This document shows positions 14,401-27,376 of a stretch of 64,000 bases of DNA, in pieces. Origin of the DNA: Takakia lepidozioides. Taxonomy: Eukaryota; Plantae; Bryophyta. Position 1 is the first letter of the stretch, and the number at the start of each line of letters is the position of its first letter. Made by a program: the position numbers and the translations under genes. The notes below the pieces were generated by a model. It saw only the letters and a program-made list of their open reading frames with translations. It had not been told where the DNA came from and searched no databases. Where the stretch lies: contig CM060733.1 of NCBI GenBank assembly GCA_030704615.1, positions 29,016,001 through 29,080,000 of the forward strand, given 5' to 3'.

Positions 14401-14687
14401 CCAACACAAAGTATCTGTTATGTTGAGTGCAGGGAGTCGCAGGGCTGAAAATATCAAACCAGGGAAAGTGTAGTGTGGAGTTCAACAATGGGTCGGAGGT
14501 AGTTTTACCCCCTGACAGCTTCCTCAGTCTGCGACTGCCATTCGTGTATTACACACGAGGCCAAGACGGTGATTGCAAACCTCTTCTTTGCCAAAGAGAT
14601 AATCCGGAGCGCACAGCATGGCTTGTGAAGGGTACTGCAGTCTATGTGCTCTCCAAAGATGGTGAAGCGAGGGGGCCACTTGGCTGA
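8427..14687 (+). CDS. SMG8: Nonsense-mediated decay factor SMG8; exons approx. 8427-9440, 9946-10819, 11220-12086, 12233-13635, 13820-13873, 14433-14687
   Basis: Motifs GVVVIG, LLFMFSVCHIILILQEG, KFSMAWC..LPSAREVYLRGLPPCY, QLCDAESLTGKPCIH, HSSGVVFLHACACGRSRRLRNDPF, YIGFEFECPHGHRF, AQLQRIFLVTP and FLSLRLPFVY. Splice sites keep the frame. Confidence 0.92.
14044..14406 (-). mobile_element. TRIM (miniature non-autonomous LTR retrotransposon) with tRNA-like LTRs (Helenus-type) in SMG8 intron 5
   Basis: Two LTRs (14044-14186 and 14263-14406; TG...CA) differ at about 2 positions. 5-bp TSD CAAAG at 14039-43 and 14407-11. On the - strand, iMet PBS TGGTATCAGAGCC and PPT GAGGGGGAG flank a 76-bp internal part. 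Confidence 0.93.
14284..14355 (-). promoter_or_regulatory. tRNA-like Pol III cassette within the TRIM 5' LTR (second copy at 14065-14136)
   Basis: GGATGGGTAGCTCAGTGGTAGAGCACCCCACCGGAATGGGGGAGGTCCTAGGTTCAATCCCTAGCCCGACCA contains an A box, a B box, D arm, T arm and near-complete acceptor stem, but a 6-nt anticodon loop. Confidence 0.8.
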
Positions 14688-16039
14688 GAGAGGCAGAAGG
14701 CAAAACTAGCAATCAAAATTGCCTGTTTGACAGCAAAGTGCTGAAGGGTTTGATGAGATGGCTGCAGTAATTTTGTTTCTGTTGAAGCTCTCCGCATTCA
14801 TCTGGAGGTTGGCGTTGTGATCTTGCTTGGAGGCTTTTGAATGCGATGCACCTGGGACAAGTTTCTGGAAATATTGTTGGTATTCGAGACTGGGATCATT
14901 TCTGATGCAGAAAGGGAACCGACATTCAGGTTTGTGTGACGATCTCATTTTCTATACAGCTCTTTTCACTCCTAAAGAAATTGTGTTTCTCTTCCTTTCT
15001 GTTCGCAAGGGAAGAAAGGAAAACCCTTAACCACGTTTTTAAACCAAAACATTCTGTCATTAACTTTGGCAAGCCAAGAATGGTAACCTGCTGCTCACCC
15101 ATCTACTGAACTTCCCATGCTGCAGCAATGAGTTCTTGGCAAGTCCCGATGTGGAGTTTGCAGTGTCATCATATCCTTCTTTCCTTAGTTTGCACTAATC
15201 ATGGGTTTAGATGGCACAAGCTAGAGTGCAATGCATACATTTGTGTCTTCCTCGACAGCTCTGGCATCACAACCAGAGCCCATTTGTCACAATTTTGGCA
15301 AGCTGTTGAGGAGCACTGCTGGAAGCACCATGATGTTCTCTCTTGGCTAGCATATTGTTGACAGGCTGGCACTCTCTTGTCGTTGGTCTGCATTTAAAAG
15401 CACTAACACTTAGCTCTTTGGTGACGGGATTGGTTGCAGAATTTGATGGGGAATATCATGAAGTTCACAGCAACTGGAAAGGAACGACCGTGATTCTGGA
15501 AAGTTGGCGAGCTGAATGAGGGTGTTTGGGACGGTGATGGAAAGTGTTTCAACTATGCCACTACACTTGGAACTGTGAAAGTCTATATCACATTTCCTTT
15601 TATGAGTAGGAATTTCAGGGCACCAGTTCCTTAAGTAGTTACACCAGAACATAGCCCTGGCGAGCCGCCGGTAGAGAGGGAATGTGCATAAGACGTTTGC
15701 TGTAGCCTGGTAGAGAGCATGTACGCAGCAGAGGTTGTTTGCCTAGCCTTGTGGCCATAGACCCCACGGCCAGTTTCGGCAGCACAGCCTCGTAGAGAGA
15801 GTGAAAGAGAGAGACCGCTTTGTGACTCTCAGTAGTGACAAGCTTCTTGACTAAGGCACCTGAAAATATTTATCATAATAGTCAAAACCAAAAGTGTAGG
15901 TGATGGTTGTCGCTAAACCCAAAGTGGCTAGTGCAGTACTTCCACACTACCCTTGTTAGTAGTAGCAACCTATGGCCTATATATTGTGGATATTGAAGTT
16001 CACAACTTGCTATGTGGGCACATACAAGACAGTGAGATA

Positions 16040-18322
16040 TCCCTTTTTCTCTTCCCTGGCTCCCGAATATATTTGGGGCCTCCAAGCCCTCTCTTCTTGT
16101 CTCCTAATGTGGTTGGCATGGGGGGTCTTTTCTTTCTGCACTGCCAACACAATTTACAGTTTGCCTCCCCATTTGCTACATAGGTCCCCTGTACTTTCAA
16201 ATTTTCTGCAGTAGTCTTCTTAATAGAGATGATCTCCAGATGATATCTTGCCTAAAGGTACTTTGATGCTTAAATGATTCACATGGCTAGGCAAAACTTA
16301 CTACCCACTTTTTGGTAGTATGATCTTCTCCAACTTCCCTTCACATGAACCTTGTGCTCCCACTAAGGTAGTTACACCCAAATGTGAGCGCTTAAGCAGA
16401 TATGCCCATACAATTGGTGCAGTAAGGGGAAAAATTATATGACTGGATGAGCAATTGAACAAACAGCTTGTGGTTTGAATTGCATGAATTTTGGACGAAG
16501 TGGCTAATTGATATATATTATCAAAGTGGCAGGGCACAAAAATGCTATGCCTGAGCTATAGAGGGTACCATAACTCACTGAAATATTATCTAATATGAAG
16601 CCTACATGTGACCTGATATGCACGAGATGTGCACTTGAAATGGCCCAATAACTCACCCAACAGCTCGGCCCACAAGAGCAAAAGGTATCCTATAAAAGGC
16701 CTCCATTTGGCAAATACGCTTGTCACAATATTCAGTACGTTTTTGTTCATCTAACAAAGCACATGGGGCCCACAATGCCCATGAAGGAACCTAAATCAGC
16801 CCGTTGGCACTAAGGTCGCCATTTAAGGGCAGGCGGGACCACTTTACACCCCAAAAATAGGGGTCCATTTTGAGACCCCCTCATATTTGGGTTTCTACTA
16901 CCTTATAATCAAGGACCCCCATTTGTCCAGCCTCCATTGAAAACAAAATCTAAAAAAAAAAATTAACAATATAAAATAATTTTGAATTTTCTCATGTCGC
17001 ACAAGTTTGTTAGACAATAATGAATAATGAACAAGTTTGTTAGACAATACTGTTCCTTATGTAGATTTAAGGAAATTATTAATTTTGTATCATGGATCAG
17101 AATTGAACACACTTATGGATTGTGTGACGTGTGAACCACTTAGAGAAGTCAACGATGAGGTCTTCATCATGACCGTAACTGTCCGGTGTAACTTGTAAAC
17201 ACCAAAAACGATAGCCAAAAAAATGTGTGCTATACTCGTGTGTGCATGGATTCATAGTCTCGATGGATGACTAATACTTGAAGGTGGGCAATGGTGTTCC
17301 TTTGAGAAAGGATTGGAACAGTGCAAGGGCTTGCGCTGGTTTATAAAGGGGGACCGTATGACCTGCACCTCTCACTGTTGCAAATGTCAAACCCGCATAT
17401 ATCTCTGACCACCCTCCAACCTGCCATTCAATGCATGTTCATAACCGTTACAATACTTCGGGTGTTATCATGTCCAACAGGGGCTACAATTCAGCTATCC
17501 ACGACTTAAGGGTCACCAGTCCAAGATTTTATACAACACAGAATACACATTTCCACCTTGATGCTCAATACGTGGACACTTCTGCAAAATATCTTGTACT
17601 TCTATAGGTACATTTGATAGTACTGCAACCGAATCACCCGCTCTTGAGTTCAAATTCAATCGTTTCTAGTTGTAGATCTGAATTTGTTTGTTTGTGTGCG
17701 GGACTCAAGGCTATGCTTAGTAATATTTCAGCAACGTGTCGACGGGAAGTTTCACTTATGGGTCTCAATTTGGTCAGTACTTAGTAGCGTGAGAACGAAG
17801 ATTGGGTAATTTGATATTGCAGTGCACAAACCTGATTGGAAAAGTTCCAAGGGTACGACGCAGTCTGAGTAGGTAGGTCCAATTTCGCTAACCAAGAGCG
17901 AGTCCCGACTATGGGTACAAATCCATCCACATCACCACTACATGAGGGGATGCCACAATGTTCGAATCTATGTCAGTACAGCCTCTCTGTGCATGTTATA
18001 CAAAATTCAGAATTTGTTTGATTCTCTTTATATATATTAAGAAAATTGGAGACATGTCTTGTGGCATATCGAGCGCTCCAGCTTAGAGAGCAGTATTCTT
18101 GATCTTGACTCCTAGTTCTGGGAGTGTCTTCTTTCTTTAGAAAAATAATATTTGCTTTTGTCCCATGATTATAAGCTTTTTGAGATTCTGCAGCATATTA
18201 TAGATTAAATTGTTTTCTCCTTCTGAGTTAATATGGCTCCTGATGTTTCTTCCTGAAGTACCTCTTTTGAAGTCCCTTGGATCTCTCGTGGATGCAATAA
18301 ACATTATAGCCCATACTTTGCA
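16040..18322 (+). repeat. Segmental duplication, copy 1 (copy 2 at approx. 28500-30341)
   Basis: 16.04-16.37 kb matches 28.5-28.89 kb and 16.9-18.32 kb matches 28.9-30.34 kb, colinear with scattered substitutions. Confidence 0.9.
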
Positions 18323-19440
18323 CTAAAAAAGGTGGACGCGTTGCCGAAGCAAGCGTAACTTATGGTTTCACTTGACCCAGAAGGGCTACTGCCTTCCGGT
18401 AGGAAGGTGGACACCTTTGTAACAACCAACAAGGTGGTTTGAACCCACAACCACTTGTAAGAGGGTATATGCCCTTACCGCTGGGCCCGGTTATCAGCGT
18501 CACGTCCGTCCGTCAACGTTAGGTCACGTCAGACCTGACGCTGATGGGACCTCCGTCACGTCAGGTTCGGGGAATATTCTGGTAAAAATAGTACCAGGTA
18601 AAATACTACCACTTAAGCAGCCACGTCGCCGACATGGTGGCGGTGGCAAATATGTTTTGAAAATTAAAAAATGAACGCGACCGCCAATTATGGCGGTCGC
18701 TTTGTTTTTCGAAATTAAAAAAGAAAATAGCGACCGCCGTATTGGCAGTCGATTCAATTTTATTTTTTTTAAAGCAAGATTGACGGTCACACTGGCAGTC
18801 GCTTTATTTTTTGAAATAAAAAAAAGAAATAGCGGTCACTTCAATTTATTTTTAAACAAAAGCAAGATTGGCAGTGCCGGTCACCTAATTTTTTTTTTAA
18901 AACAAGCGACTGCCGTATTGGCGGTCGCACAATTTTGCAAATATATAAAGAACAAGCGGCCACCATATGACGGTCGGATAATTTCAAAAATATATTAAAA
19001 ACAAACAAACGACCGCCATTTGGCGGTCGGTAAATTTAAAATTATATTTAAAAACAAGTGACATATGAAAATAAAAGCGACTGCCACACCGGTGATCGCT
19101 TATTTTAAAATAATACAATATTTGCGACCGCCAAACTGGCGGACGCTTTAATTTAATAATATATAAAATAAAAGCGACTGCCAGCCTGGAGATCGCTTAA
19201 ACTTGAAAATATAAAGATTAAAAGCGACCGCCTTATTGGCGGTCGCGTTTTTTTTTTAAATATTAATTCAAAGACGCAGAAATGGATGAATTCCGTTCGC
19301 ACACAATGATGACACCCACATCCAATTTTAAATATATAAACAAATGAAACGACCGCCATACCGGCAGTTACATTATAAAAAACAATAGTGCCCGTATGTA
19401 TTAGCGGTCGTTTAATTTCAAAATTATAACAAATATGGTT
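18323..19440 (-). mobile_element. Helitron-like 3' end with tRNA-like cassette and internal minisatellite; 5' end not located
   Basis: Duplication homology stops at an A|T site (compare 30341/30342). The - strand ends with hairpin ACGCTTGC-TTCG-GCAACGCGT then CCACCTTTTTTAG|T. Confidence 0.55.
18670..19415. repeat. Minisatellite of about 14 short inverted motifs GCGACCGCC-N5/6-GGCGGTCGC separated by AT-rich spacers (~50-60 bp period)
   Basis: Directly visible, e.g. at 18677, 18730, 18906, 19010, 19124, 19224. Confidence 0.9.
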
Positions 19441-20559
19441 GTACCGCATTTTTCGGGTGGGCGCTATTGGTTCACTATTAATTTCACTTTCATTTCACTT
19501 TCACCCTTCCTAGATCATATATAAAGGAGCAGGGTCACCAAGCTTCTCACTTCTTTTGGCGCAAACACTTAAGGTTGCTTTGGATGTTCTCTTCCATTGA
19601 ACGAGAGCGTAGCACAAGAGGAGGGTGCGCATCTTTTGCCATAAGTGGCTTCCACCAATGTGTATAAGCTCAACACTACAACTCACATCGACCCACTGGG
19701 TAGTTGCACGCTAAGGTGGACCAAAAACGACAGATGTTGCTTCCATAGAAGTCCATGACCAAATGTAAAATTAATGATATTTCCCCAAATAATTTTAAAT
19801 GATGATAGACAATGGTATAATTAACATTTTTAGTAAAGGGTTTATCCCAAACATCAAAAATAATTTTTACTATAAATTTTAATCTTTAATTTGAATAAAA
19901 TTTGATATATCAGAAATTAAAATTTACATCGATTTGTCCATATACAACCAAGCCGTTGTAGATTATATTTTTGTATCATTTGCAGTAAAATATGACACCT
20001 CAAAAGCCCAAAACACAAAATGTATTAAACTAGAACAAATCCATCTATATATAATACTTCATATTAGTCCATAGGTAGTAAATGACAGCTGATATTGTCA
20101 TTTTAAATTGAAATCTAGATTGTTCTATAAATTGGCCCCATTGCCTCGAAAGTTCAAAGAAATACACCAAAGGCACAATGGAACCATGTATTTCCATTTG
20201 TAGCGATAACAGTCCACAGTTGTCGTGTTTAAAAGTCCATAGCTCTTCGATATTTTATTGGATTAACAATTGGACAGTTGACATAGGTAGATATTGAAGT
20301 TAGAAATCCAGCATATAAAATGTTTTTCAATATTATTCATTATATTAAATTTAATTCATGATATCATGCACGACAGTCACTGAAAACTGTGCCGGTAACG
20401 CAGTTTTAGTCCGCCTTAGCATGCATCTACCCCACTTGGGTTGCTGATAGGTGTAGAAGTATTGGGCTATCGCACTGCACTCTACATTCGCAACACGTTC
20501 ATTTATAGGTGACTGTTTTTTGTTGCTTACGTCGCTAGGGCCCAGGGGAGTGGATATTG

Positions 20560-21940
20560 GGTGAAGATGAGGGAGGAATGGAACCATTGGTATACGACAA
20601 TCCCGAACACTGTCAGTGCCACTAGTATTGTTGAGTGTAATCTATGTGAATTAAAGCTTTCTTATCGTAAGGATCGGTTGCTCGCTCACCTCGACTATAG
20701 AGGTGTGAAGAGCGATGGGGTGGGTTTATGCCTTAACGCATCTATGCGGGTAAAAAGCCACTGTGTGGAGGCAATATTCCAATGTCTCTGGATCTAGACA
20801 TGACCTCTGAACAGAACACTTCATCTTCCTGTCAGGATGCCTCGAATAGTACCCAAGGCGACTCTTGTGAGACTTCAGGTGTCATTGGATAAGTGGGTTG
20901 GGCCAGAGCAACACCTGCTTCAACACCTCTTTGTACCCCTACACTTCAACGGATTACGGCAGCAATCCATGTAGGAAGGTCTTAACTTGTCTGCGAAAAG
21001 GCAGTTGGATAAAAATTGGGCGCAGTTTTTCTTCGAGGCCAACATACCATTTAATGTGGCAAGGCTTCCGTCATTTGTTTCTGCCGTTAAAGCAAACTCA
21101 GAGTCCACATACGTGCTTCCGACTTATCACAATCTCCGCACAGGATTGCTAGAAGACGCCATGACCGAGCTTACCCAAAATGTCAACGATAAAACGGGCG
21201 AGTGCATCAGAAAATATGGAAGCACTATATATGTCAATGGTTGGAGTTCTGTTACAAACAGACCATTGTTCAATGTCATGCTCGTATGTCCAGCTGGGGA
21301 ACAATTCTTTGGTCGACACTAGCGACGAGAAGAAAGATAGACATTATCAATGCCAACTATTGACGGACTTCATTGAACAGGTCAAAAGTGATAGAATCAT
21401 GCAAATATGCACAGACAATGTCGCTAACATGATAAACACTGCAGACATGTTGTTGGCACGTTATCCCCATATATACTATTAAGGTTGTACTACTCATATC
21501 TTTGACCTCATTTTGGAAGATTGGGGAAAAGAACAGTGGGTGAAACAACTTGTCAAGCGAGCAAAGACCGTTGTGTCGTTCATCCGCACACACCACATCC
21601 CTTTGGCAATATATAGGAGGCACGAACCCAAATACAGCCTCCGGAATCCAGACGAAACTTGTCTTGTCACTAACTTCTTAATGGTAGATCGGTTAGTGAC
21701 GGTGAAGAGCAGTCTGGAGCACACCATCATCGATCCTCAATGGGATGCGTACACACGAACATTGCAGGACTCCAAAAAAACCAAGTCATTGGACAAAAGT
21801 CGAAAAGTTTGGAATAACATTCGTAGCAAAGATTTCTGGAAGAAATGTGAAAACTTTGTTTATATGGTAGAGCCGATGTTAATCGTCTTGCGGGAGTTTG
21901 ATGGAAAACAACCAGTAATGGGCAAGGCATGCTTGAACTT
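20560..21940 (+). mobile_element. Degenerate hAT transposase (BED finger + DUF659-type catalytic region)
   Basis: CNLC...RLLAHL, FFFEANIPFNV, PTYHNLRTGLL, GWSS...RPLFNVM, QICTDNVANM, YPHIYY*GCTTHIFDLILED, with stops and frameshifts. Termini not identified. Confidence 0.88.
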
Positions 21941-24900
21941 AGCTATAGCCTGATTACTAGACTACAGGCTATGCACTCTTTAGGTGGATACTTCACCATC
22001 AGTTTAGTGATCCGTAAGAAGCTAATTCTAAGGATCATAGAAGACTGAACGAGACGTGACTTTCATTAGGTTTTGTAGTGGAGTGAATGGGTCCACAAAA
22101 ATTAAGGCTAACTGATGCGATACATCTTTCATCTAGAAGATAGTTAGACTATGTTTCTGTAGCTCAACCCAATGATCAATATATTAACCTGCATTCGTGC
22201 CATGAAATATTGCTCTGAGCATGGAACGCAGCCTTCACTGGAGGCGAGTTAAGATATGGGACTGCGTTGTTGGGCGCACATGGATCCACTCCTACTCCAC
22301 GGACCATTCCTTTCCTCTGATCATCATCAAGTAAAATAGTTTAGTGTCTCTCGGGTATCTTTGAGGTAGTCTTCAAATTACTAGACACATGCCCTTTCAC
22401 CGCCCTTTCATTGTATGCAGTTATTGTACTGTAGTTAAGAGTGTGCGAAAGAACAATTTTGAAAATTTGAAAATCACCCAAGGAAAAGCCGATCGAGTGT
22501 TGATGGCTGGAGGGTTGCAATAAGGCCCGTAGATGTTGTAGATATTGATTTCTCTCATTTCCACAGTCAAGGCATAGTTGGAATAATAATTACAAGTCGC
22601 ATTCGTGGAAGAGCTAGGGCCCACCAAGTCTTCAGCGAAATCACAGTTGGCTAAAATATGTGTGTATGAATTATTGGAGATAAGAGAGTGGAATAATAGA
22701 ATTCTACTCCTCCAAGAGTGTCTGAGGCAGGGTTTGTCCAAGGATTACCCACCTGAAAAGTATGTACATATGTATGAGAGGGTTCAAAGAAAAAATTACA
22801 ATAGCTAAATATTGGATTTGAGGAAAGCTCGAGAGGGTCGGTTACCGCAAATCCCTTGAAGTTCAGTTTTGAGTTGATTCCGTATTGCGCCTCATTATAC
22901 AGAACTATCCGTTGCGCCAATTGTGGCACAGTGTGACCTGATGGCTTCATCCCCCAAGCTCATCAATCGATGTTATCCAACTTACAATCAAGATTGAAGG
23001 TGAGTAATATATAAAGACATTATATAAGAATTTTCTACGATTGTTGTATTTCACTCTTAAAGGAATAGAACTTATAAATGCACGAAGATCAAATTTATTA
23101 ATTGTAAGCAACAACCAACGTATGGACACCCAGAGCAAAATAAAATGTATCGTCAAAACTTGTGCCATAGAAATGATTCAACATTCAACATTCTAATGTA
23201 GAATATATTTAATATATTAATTATATATTAAATATATTAATAGTAATTAAGTAACAATTACTACAACCTAACATGTTGTGTAAGGCCCAACATTCTACGA
23301 CCGGTGCCTAAACGAAAATGTAATACATGTATTCAACTGTACACCAGTACTACAAAAGTAAGAGAGGTGTGCAGGGAGTTCATACAATACGACTTACGCA
23401 CGTATAGAAAGTATGTGGTAAATGGTGCAAATAAGTAAGAAAGGGTTTTGGGCGCAGTTCCTACCACCATAGCTTTCACCGGTGAGATAGAAGTCATTTT
23501 GTGTGTACTCTAGATATTTCGCAAACCATCCAATTGCAAATGCAAAGTTGTCTTCCACTGTAGCCAATTCAGAAAATCTAGCTCTAAAACATTCATATGC
23601 TTCAAACAGAGAGGGGGTGTACCAGCTAACACTAAATTCAGAATTATGAGAGCTCTACAAATGTTGATTAGTCCTCATCCGCATGTGTCAAGGAGCATGC
23701 TGCAAATGTGTGATCGATCAAGATGAGTAATTATCAGGATCAAAGCAATTTACTATGGAGTCAGCAACAAATTTGTATGAAATATTTTCCTTGAAGGCTG
23801 CTTGAACCACTAATTTACATCGTTAGAAAAAATAAAACACTTATGAGCTGTAAACTATTGTTCTCAACAACAAATAACTACATTGACCAGTGTCTCATTA
23901 GTGCTCACCGGTTATTCGGTCTGTGAAGTTGTTGTAGTCGGACGTCGTGTTGGAGTATGAGGCGCCAGCAGCCACATGACTCTCCACAAATACAATATTG
24001 GCCACTGTTATGAACACAACCAAAACACAACACCACTAAATGGAAGGTGATAGAACTAGAGAGTTGAAGGACAATTGATGCCACAATGAAACAAGGCCCA
24101 ACAAACCATAAAGAGAATCGAAAGAGGCTAGCCGGAAAAAGAGACGAACTTATTGACATTTAATTATGAGACATGCACATTAAGTGAATACATATATTGT
24201 AAATGCATAGATTGTGGCTGCAACATGAAAGAGGTTGGGAAAAGCTTGAACATTTATTCCATGAATACTTATTGCGAACAAGTGCAGTGCCATCTGCGTT
24301 GAGGAATAAGGGTCCCAACTCTTGCAACGCGCCGAAGGCTACCGACGAACATCCTGGCCCTGCATCCCAATGTCTTGAAAGAATTGAGTTATATATAATA
24401 TAGATTATGATGAATTGTACTGCCTAAACATCTAATTGCTCCATGTTTTAGATCATCATTTTATTATCATCACTAGTATTGCAACTCCTTTGGGCGATTC
24501 AAAGATTCTACTGAGATCAATCAGATCCACTCTTAAGCCAACGAGGATCTAAAGATCAAGTTAACACATGTATTATTGAGTAGAAATTAGTTTCATATAA
24601 AGTAAGAAATTTGAACAAAAAAATTTGGTCTCGAGCTCTCTTCTGCTCAATGACTATCGAAAATAGTAGACTAGGTCGGCTTATGTTCACGTAATATTCT
24701 TCTATCAAGCATTTGCTACATGATGAAAATGCACCAAAATATTTTATCGAAGTGGGTATAGAGTTTTCGTATCAATGAGATTAAAGCTTGAACAATGTGT
24801 CCAAAATGCTCATTACAAAACATACAAAATTTACCTCATTTTGAGTAACCAGTTATTTCAACTAGAAACGACCTAGCTACATACAATTTGGGAGAGCTGA

Positions 24901-26666
24901 ATTTGGGAAAGTTTTTCAAAAACTTAGAAATTTTTCTTGTCACGGTTGCATGAAACTAACATAATTACTAGTTTCAAAATCCTCAACCCTAGAGAATCTT
25001 ACCAAATCAATGGAAAACACCTTGCTTCCAATTTCTTCTATCCACAGCTCACAAATTACAAGAGTGAGATATTACCTCCGGTGAACCAAAAAACAACAGG
25101 AAGCGATGCAGCGTTGCGGTGGTCAGCCTCCACAAACCAATAGAAGAATGCACGCCCATGGCTTTTCATTCACTGTGATGTAACCTGCATATTGCTTGAA
25201 GTTGACAGGCGGTTGTCCAAGTAGAGTTGTTACCAGGTCTGGATCAACATATACCTCTAAGGCTCTTGGAACTATTAATGAGAGCAAAAACATCCATGCC
25301 AAGATCTGCACACCCATTTTGGCCGTGATATCTCTCTGTGTCCACTCTCTCTACCACGACGTATCACCACAATCCACCCAAAAGTCTAGGAAATTTGGTT
25401 ACGGTACATGCATGATGTTTGATCATAAGCACGATTGCAGACTGGCAGGAAAGAATTTGAGTTTCCTAAATAGGAAAGGTGTACTTACAATATGATGCGC
25501 TTAAGTAAGAGACTTACATACGTATCTGAATCTGCTGAAATGCCTCGTTGGTTTAAAGTCTGTAGAGCCTCTGTCAGTCTGCCTGCCTCACAAAGCAGTT
25601 TTAGCTTTGGATTTGCAGAAATAATACTTTGAATCTTGAATTTGGGAAGACATCCTGATTGTGCCAGCTTCGGATAGAGCTAGAGTCATGAATGTACAGT
25701 TGTTCGAAACCTGCATGGGTAGATGGTCAACTAAAGGTAGCAGCTGCAACGGCACAGTTGATAAAATCAGACACCTCAACAATGACCACAGCTTCTGAAA
25801 GAGGATCAAGAGAGGGAGTCCACAATGTCTCTTCTACTGGGTATGAGATGTTTATATTTTATTTTTGAGTTGTCAGATTACCTTTCTACTTTTTATAGTA
25901 CTAATCTTCTCAGGAAGACATGGATTGTCATGTTAAAATGAGTCAACCAGTTGAGTTCATATTGCGTTATTCTCTTGCTCAAGGAGAATGTGCATATGCG
26001 AGCAGGCAGGAGTGATATTATGCCTGCAAGATGACACACTTGGCTTTTATGCTTCTTAACTGGGCCTCAATGTCTTCAGAAATTTATATTCAAAAATGTT
26101 TCAAAATTGTCTCAAACAGTGTCCCAACACTACAAAAAAATCGGTGTGTTTTATGATAGTATATATTTAATCATAATATCCGATCCATCTTATTTGTTGA
26201 TCTTTTATCTACAGAAGATATTTAATAGTACAAGTTATATATAAAAGGTAAACTGTATTAAGGGGTCACTTTAGACTACGAAACAAGACCAACAAACTTT
26301 TGGACCACTTTGAAGTCAGATCTTGGTCCTTGTATGCATATTAAGATATTAATACGGATTTTTTTTTTAAATTTTAACTAATTATGGACTTGAGATGAGC
26401 CCAAAAACAAGAATAAATAAATAATATAGTAAATTCAAAAATAATTTGTATTCCACTAATAATACATTTGTGCCATTACAAATTAGTCATATACATTGTC
26501 TATTGTCTAGAAAAATATTTACATATATTTGATAAGTTGAAAGCATTTTGACTCTAATGTCGACATTCACAAAGAGATATAGATAAAGAGTATAGACTTC
26601 AACAACATTATAAAGAGCTTAAAGTCTAAACTCCCAAAATTTAGAAAAAAACACATTGAAATTATT

Positions 26667-27376
26667 GCTTCTCATTGTTGAATAATTGGGAGTTTAAGGC
26701 TCACGTGTGAGCCAGGCAGCGGGCCCCATGCACGAACGTCGAGCGCCCCAGGGTGGCCCCGCCGCGACCCATGACCCGGCCCGGGTGGGTCTGCCGCTAG
26801 GTATGGTCTGCCGCGAGACTCAGCCCGGGTGGGTCTGTCCCGAGGTATGCTCTGCCAAGGTAGGGTGACCCTAGGCGACATTGGGGCTGACTGCGGCTGT
26901 TTTCTAGGTTAGAACATAAAAAAAAATGTTAGGGTAGTAGCAAGCAGCGGGTGGTGGTTGGGAGCATTGAGTGGTACCTACGAGGTTGTGGGTTCAACTC
27001 CGGCTGTGCTAAATGTGCATTAATGATGGTTTCGGGGCGGCGTTGCACGTGTATTAATGACCCTCTTTTTGATGGGCGAGTTTTCTCCCAAAAATTCCTA
27101 AGTCCCGCGGGCGAGCTGCCGCACGATGAGCAGACCATTCAGACCCGCGAGCAGACCCGACCTCCGAGCAGACCCGACCTCTGAGCAGACCCTTCCCTCG
27201 AGAAGACCCAACCCAACGTGTCAGCAGACCCGACTTGCCAGCAAACCTTGAGCAGACCCAACCTGAGCAGACCCGGACCTGCCGGGTGGTCGCGGGGCGC
27301 CCGACATCCGTGCATGGGGCCCGCTGCTTGGCTCACACGTGAGCCTTAAACTCCCAATTATTCAAAAATGAGAGAC
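26667..27376. mobile_element. Non-autonomous Mutator-like element (MITE) with long TIRs
   Basis: TIRs of ~80 bp (GCTTCTCATTGTTGAATAATTGGGAGTTTAAGGCTCACGTGTGAGCC... and its complement). 9-bp TSD GAAATTATT at 26658-66 and 27377-85. Internal CAGACCC tandem repeats at 27130-27280. Confidence 0.88.

Larger units (their letters stand above)
17271..25317 (-). pseudogene. Serine carboxypeptidase-like (S10, clade II) copy A; exons approx. 25317-25076, 24359-24252, 24004-23908, 23557-23465, 22936-22845, 22752-22478, 22316-22189, 17937-17832, 17420-17271
   Basis: Signal peptide, then GQPPVNFKQYAGYITV, WFTGGPGCSS, GESYGGH (catalytic Ser), VGNP, DPC, SGDVDG (Asp) and TVRGAGH (His). Two single-base frameshifts (~25165, ~22690), and the exon present in copy B (30421-30522) was not found here. 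Confidence 0.85.

Noticed and set aside
15650-15815. Short GCC..GTAGAGAG repeats
   Set aside because: Only three or four degenerate copies with no termini; not enough to support a call.
18321-18330. CACTAAAAAA as a CACTA terminus
   Set aside because: The first CA belongs to host sequence in the duplicate copy, and no partner end was found.
18670-19415. CRISPR-like GC hairpins with AT-rich spacers
   Set aside because: Repeats are degenerate, spacers are low-complexity and related, and no cas genes are present.
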